Shown piece after piece: positions 63,548-64,000 of a stretch of DNA of 64,000 bases. Position numbers and translations under genes: made by a program. The stretch covers positions 620,001 to 684,000 of the forward strand of contig NW_026782092.1 of assembly GCF_031769215.1 (NCBI RefSeq). The letters run 5' to 3'. Source of the DNA: Ylistrum balloti (Eukaryota). Under the pieces are notes generated by a model, which was not told the origin of the DNA, searched no databases, and saw only the letters and a program-made list of their open reading frames with translations. Position 1 is the stretch's first letter; every line of letters starts with the position of its first letter.

Positions 63548-64000
63548 CTGTCAATTTGCAAGTAAAAAACTAAGTTTGAGATATAATATAAAACCTATAA
63601 TATTACCTGATATTCTTCCTTTAAATGATGGTAAAAAGTTTGGCCTTTAATTCAGAAGTTGAAAAAAAAAGTTTCAATCTCTTTAATGAAACCTAATGTA
63701 TCAAACATATGTTATTTTTTTCTTTTGAAAGCTTATCTTTAGAAATTGAATATTTATCTATTAGCAAAACTTGATTAGGTAAACAGAAGGAAAACTTACA
63801 ACATAAATACTATTTACAGCTTAGACAACAACAATTATTTTTTTTAATAAATCATAATTTTTCATAATTTAACATTTATTGAAATTTTCAATATACATGC
63901 AAACATAATGTGATATTTTCAAGCCTCTTCAGTGCATTTCAAACATAATGCATTATAGTAAATATGCATGACATTGCAGGATATTTTTCACAGTGAAAAG

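Noticed and set aside
1-64000. CRISPR arrays, prokaryotic operons, rRNA or intact tRNA genes
   Set aside because: None seen. The sequence is eukaryotic (spliceosomal introns, 7SL, LINE/LTR elements) and has no repeat-spacer array.

Overview
AT-rich metazoan genomic DNA, probably from a mollusc or other lophotrochozoan (inferred from the repeat families and the HSP70 type). Bases 1-48.5 kb are a head-to-tail array of at least 8 near-identical intronless, heat-inducible-type HSP70 genes (646 aa from the real ATG). Copy 1 is cut by the window edge, so the array may continue upstream. Each complete copy has a TATA promoter with two related heat-shock-element (HSE) modules, and all 8 end in EEVY instead of the canonical EEVD. 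The spacers (5.2-7.2 kb units) are built from transposon fossils amplified along with the gene: a Penelope-like RT fragment, a ~190 bp MITE-like element and a 5'-truncated Tx1/L1-type LINE. One spacer carries a young, internally deleted Gmr1-type Ty3/Gypsy LTR element with no target-site duplication. After the array come a unique 3' flank, an intact-looking 7SL (SRP) RNA gene and, on the minus strand, the last 14 coding exons of an axonemal dynein heavy chain (DNAH10 ortholog), all with GT-AG introns and consistent phases. Alignments were done by eye; no database searches were run.
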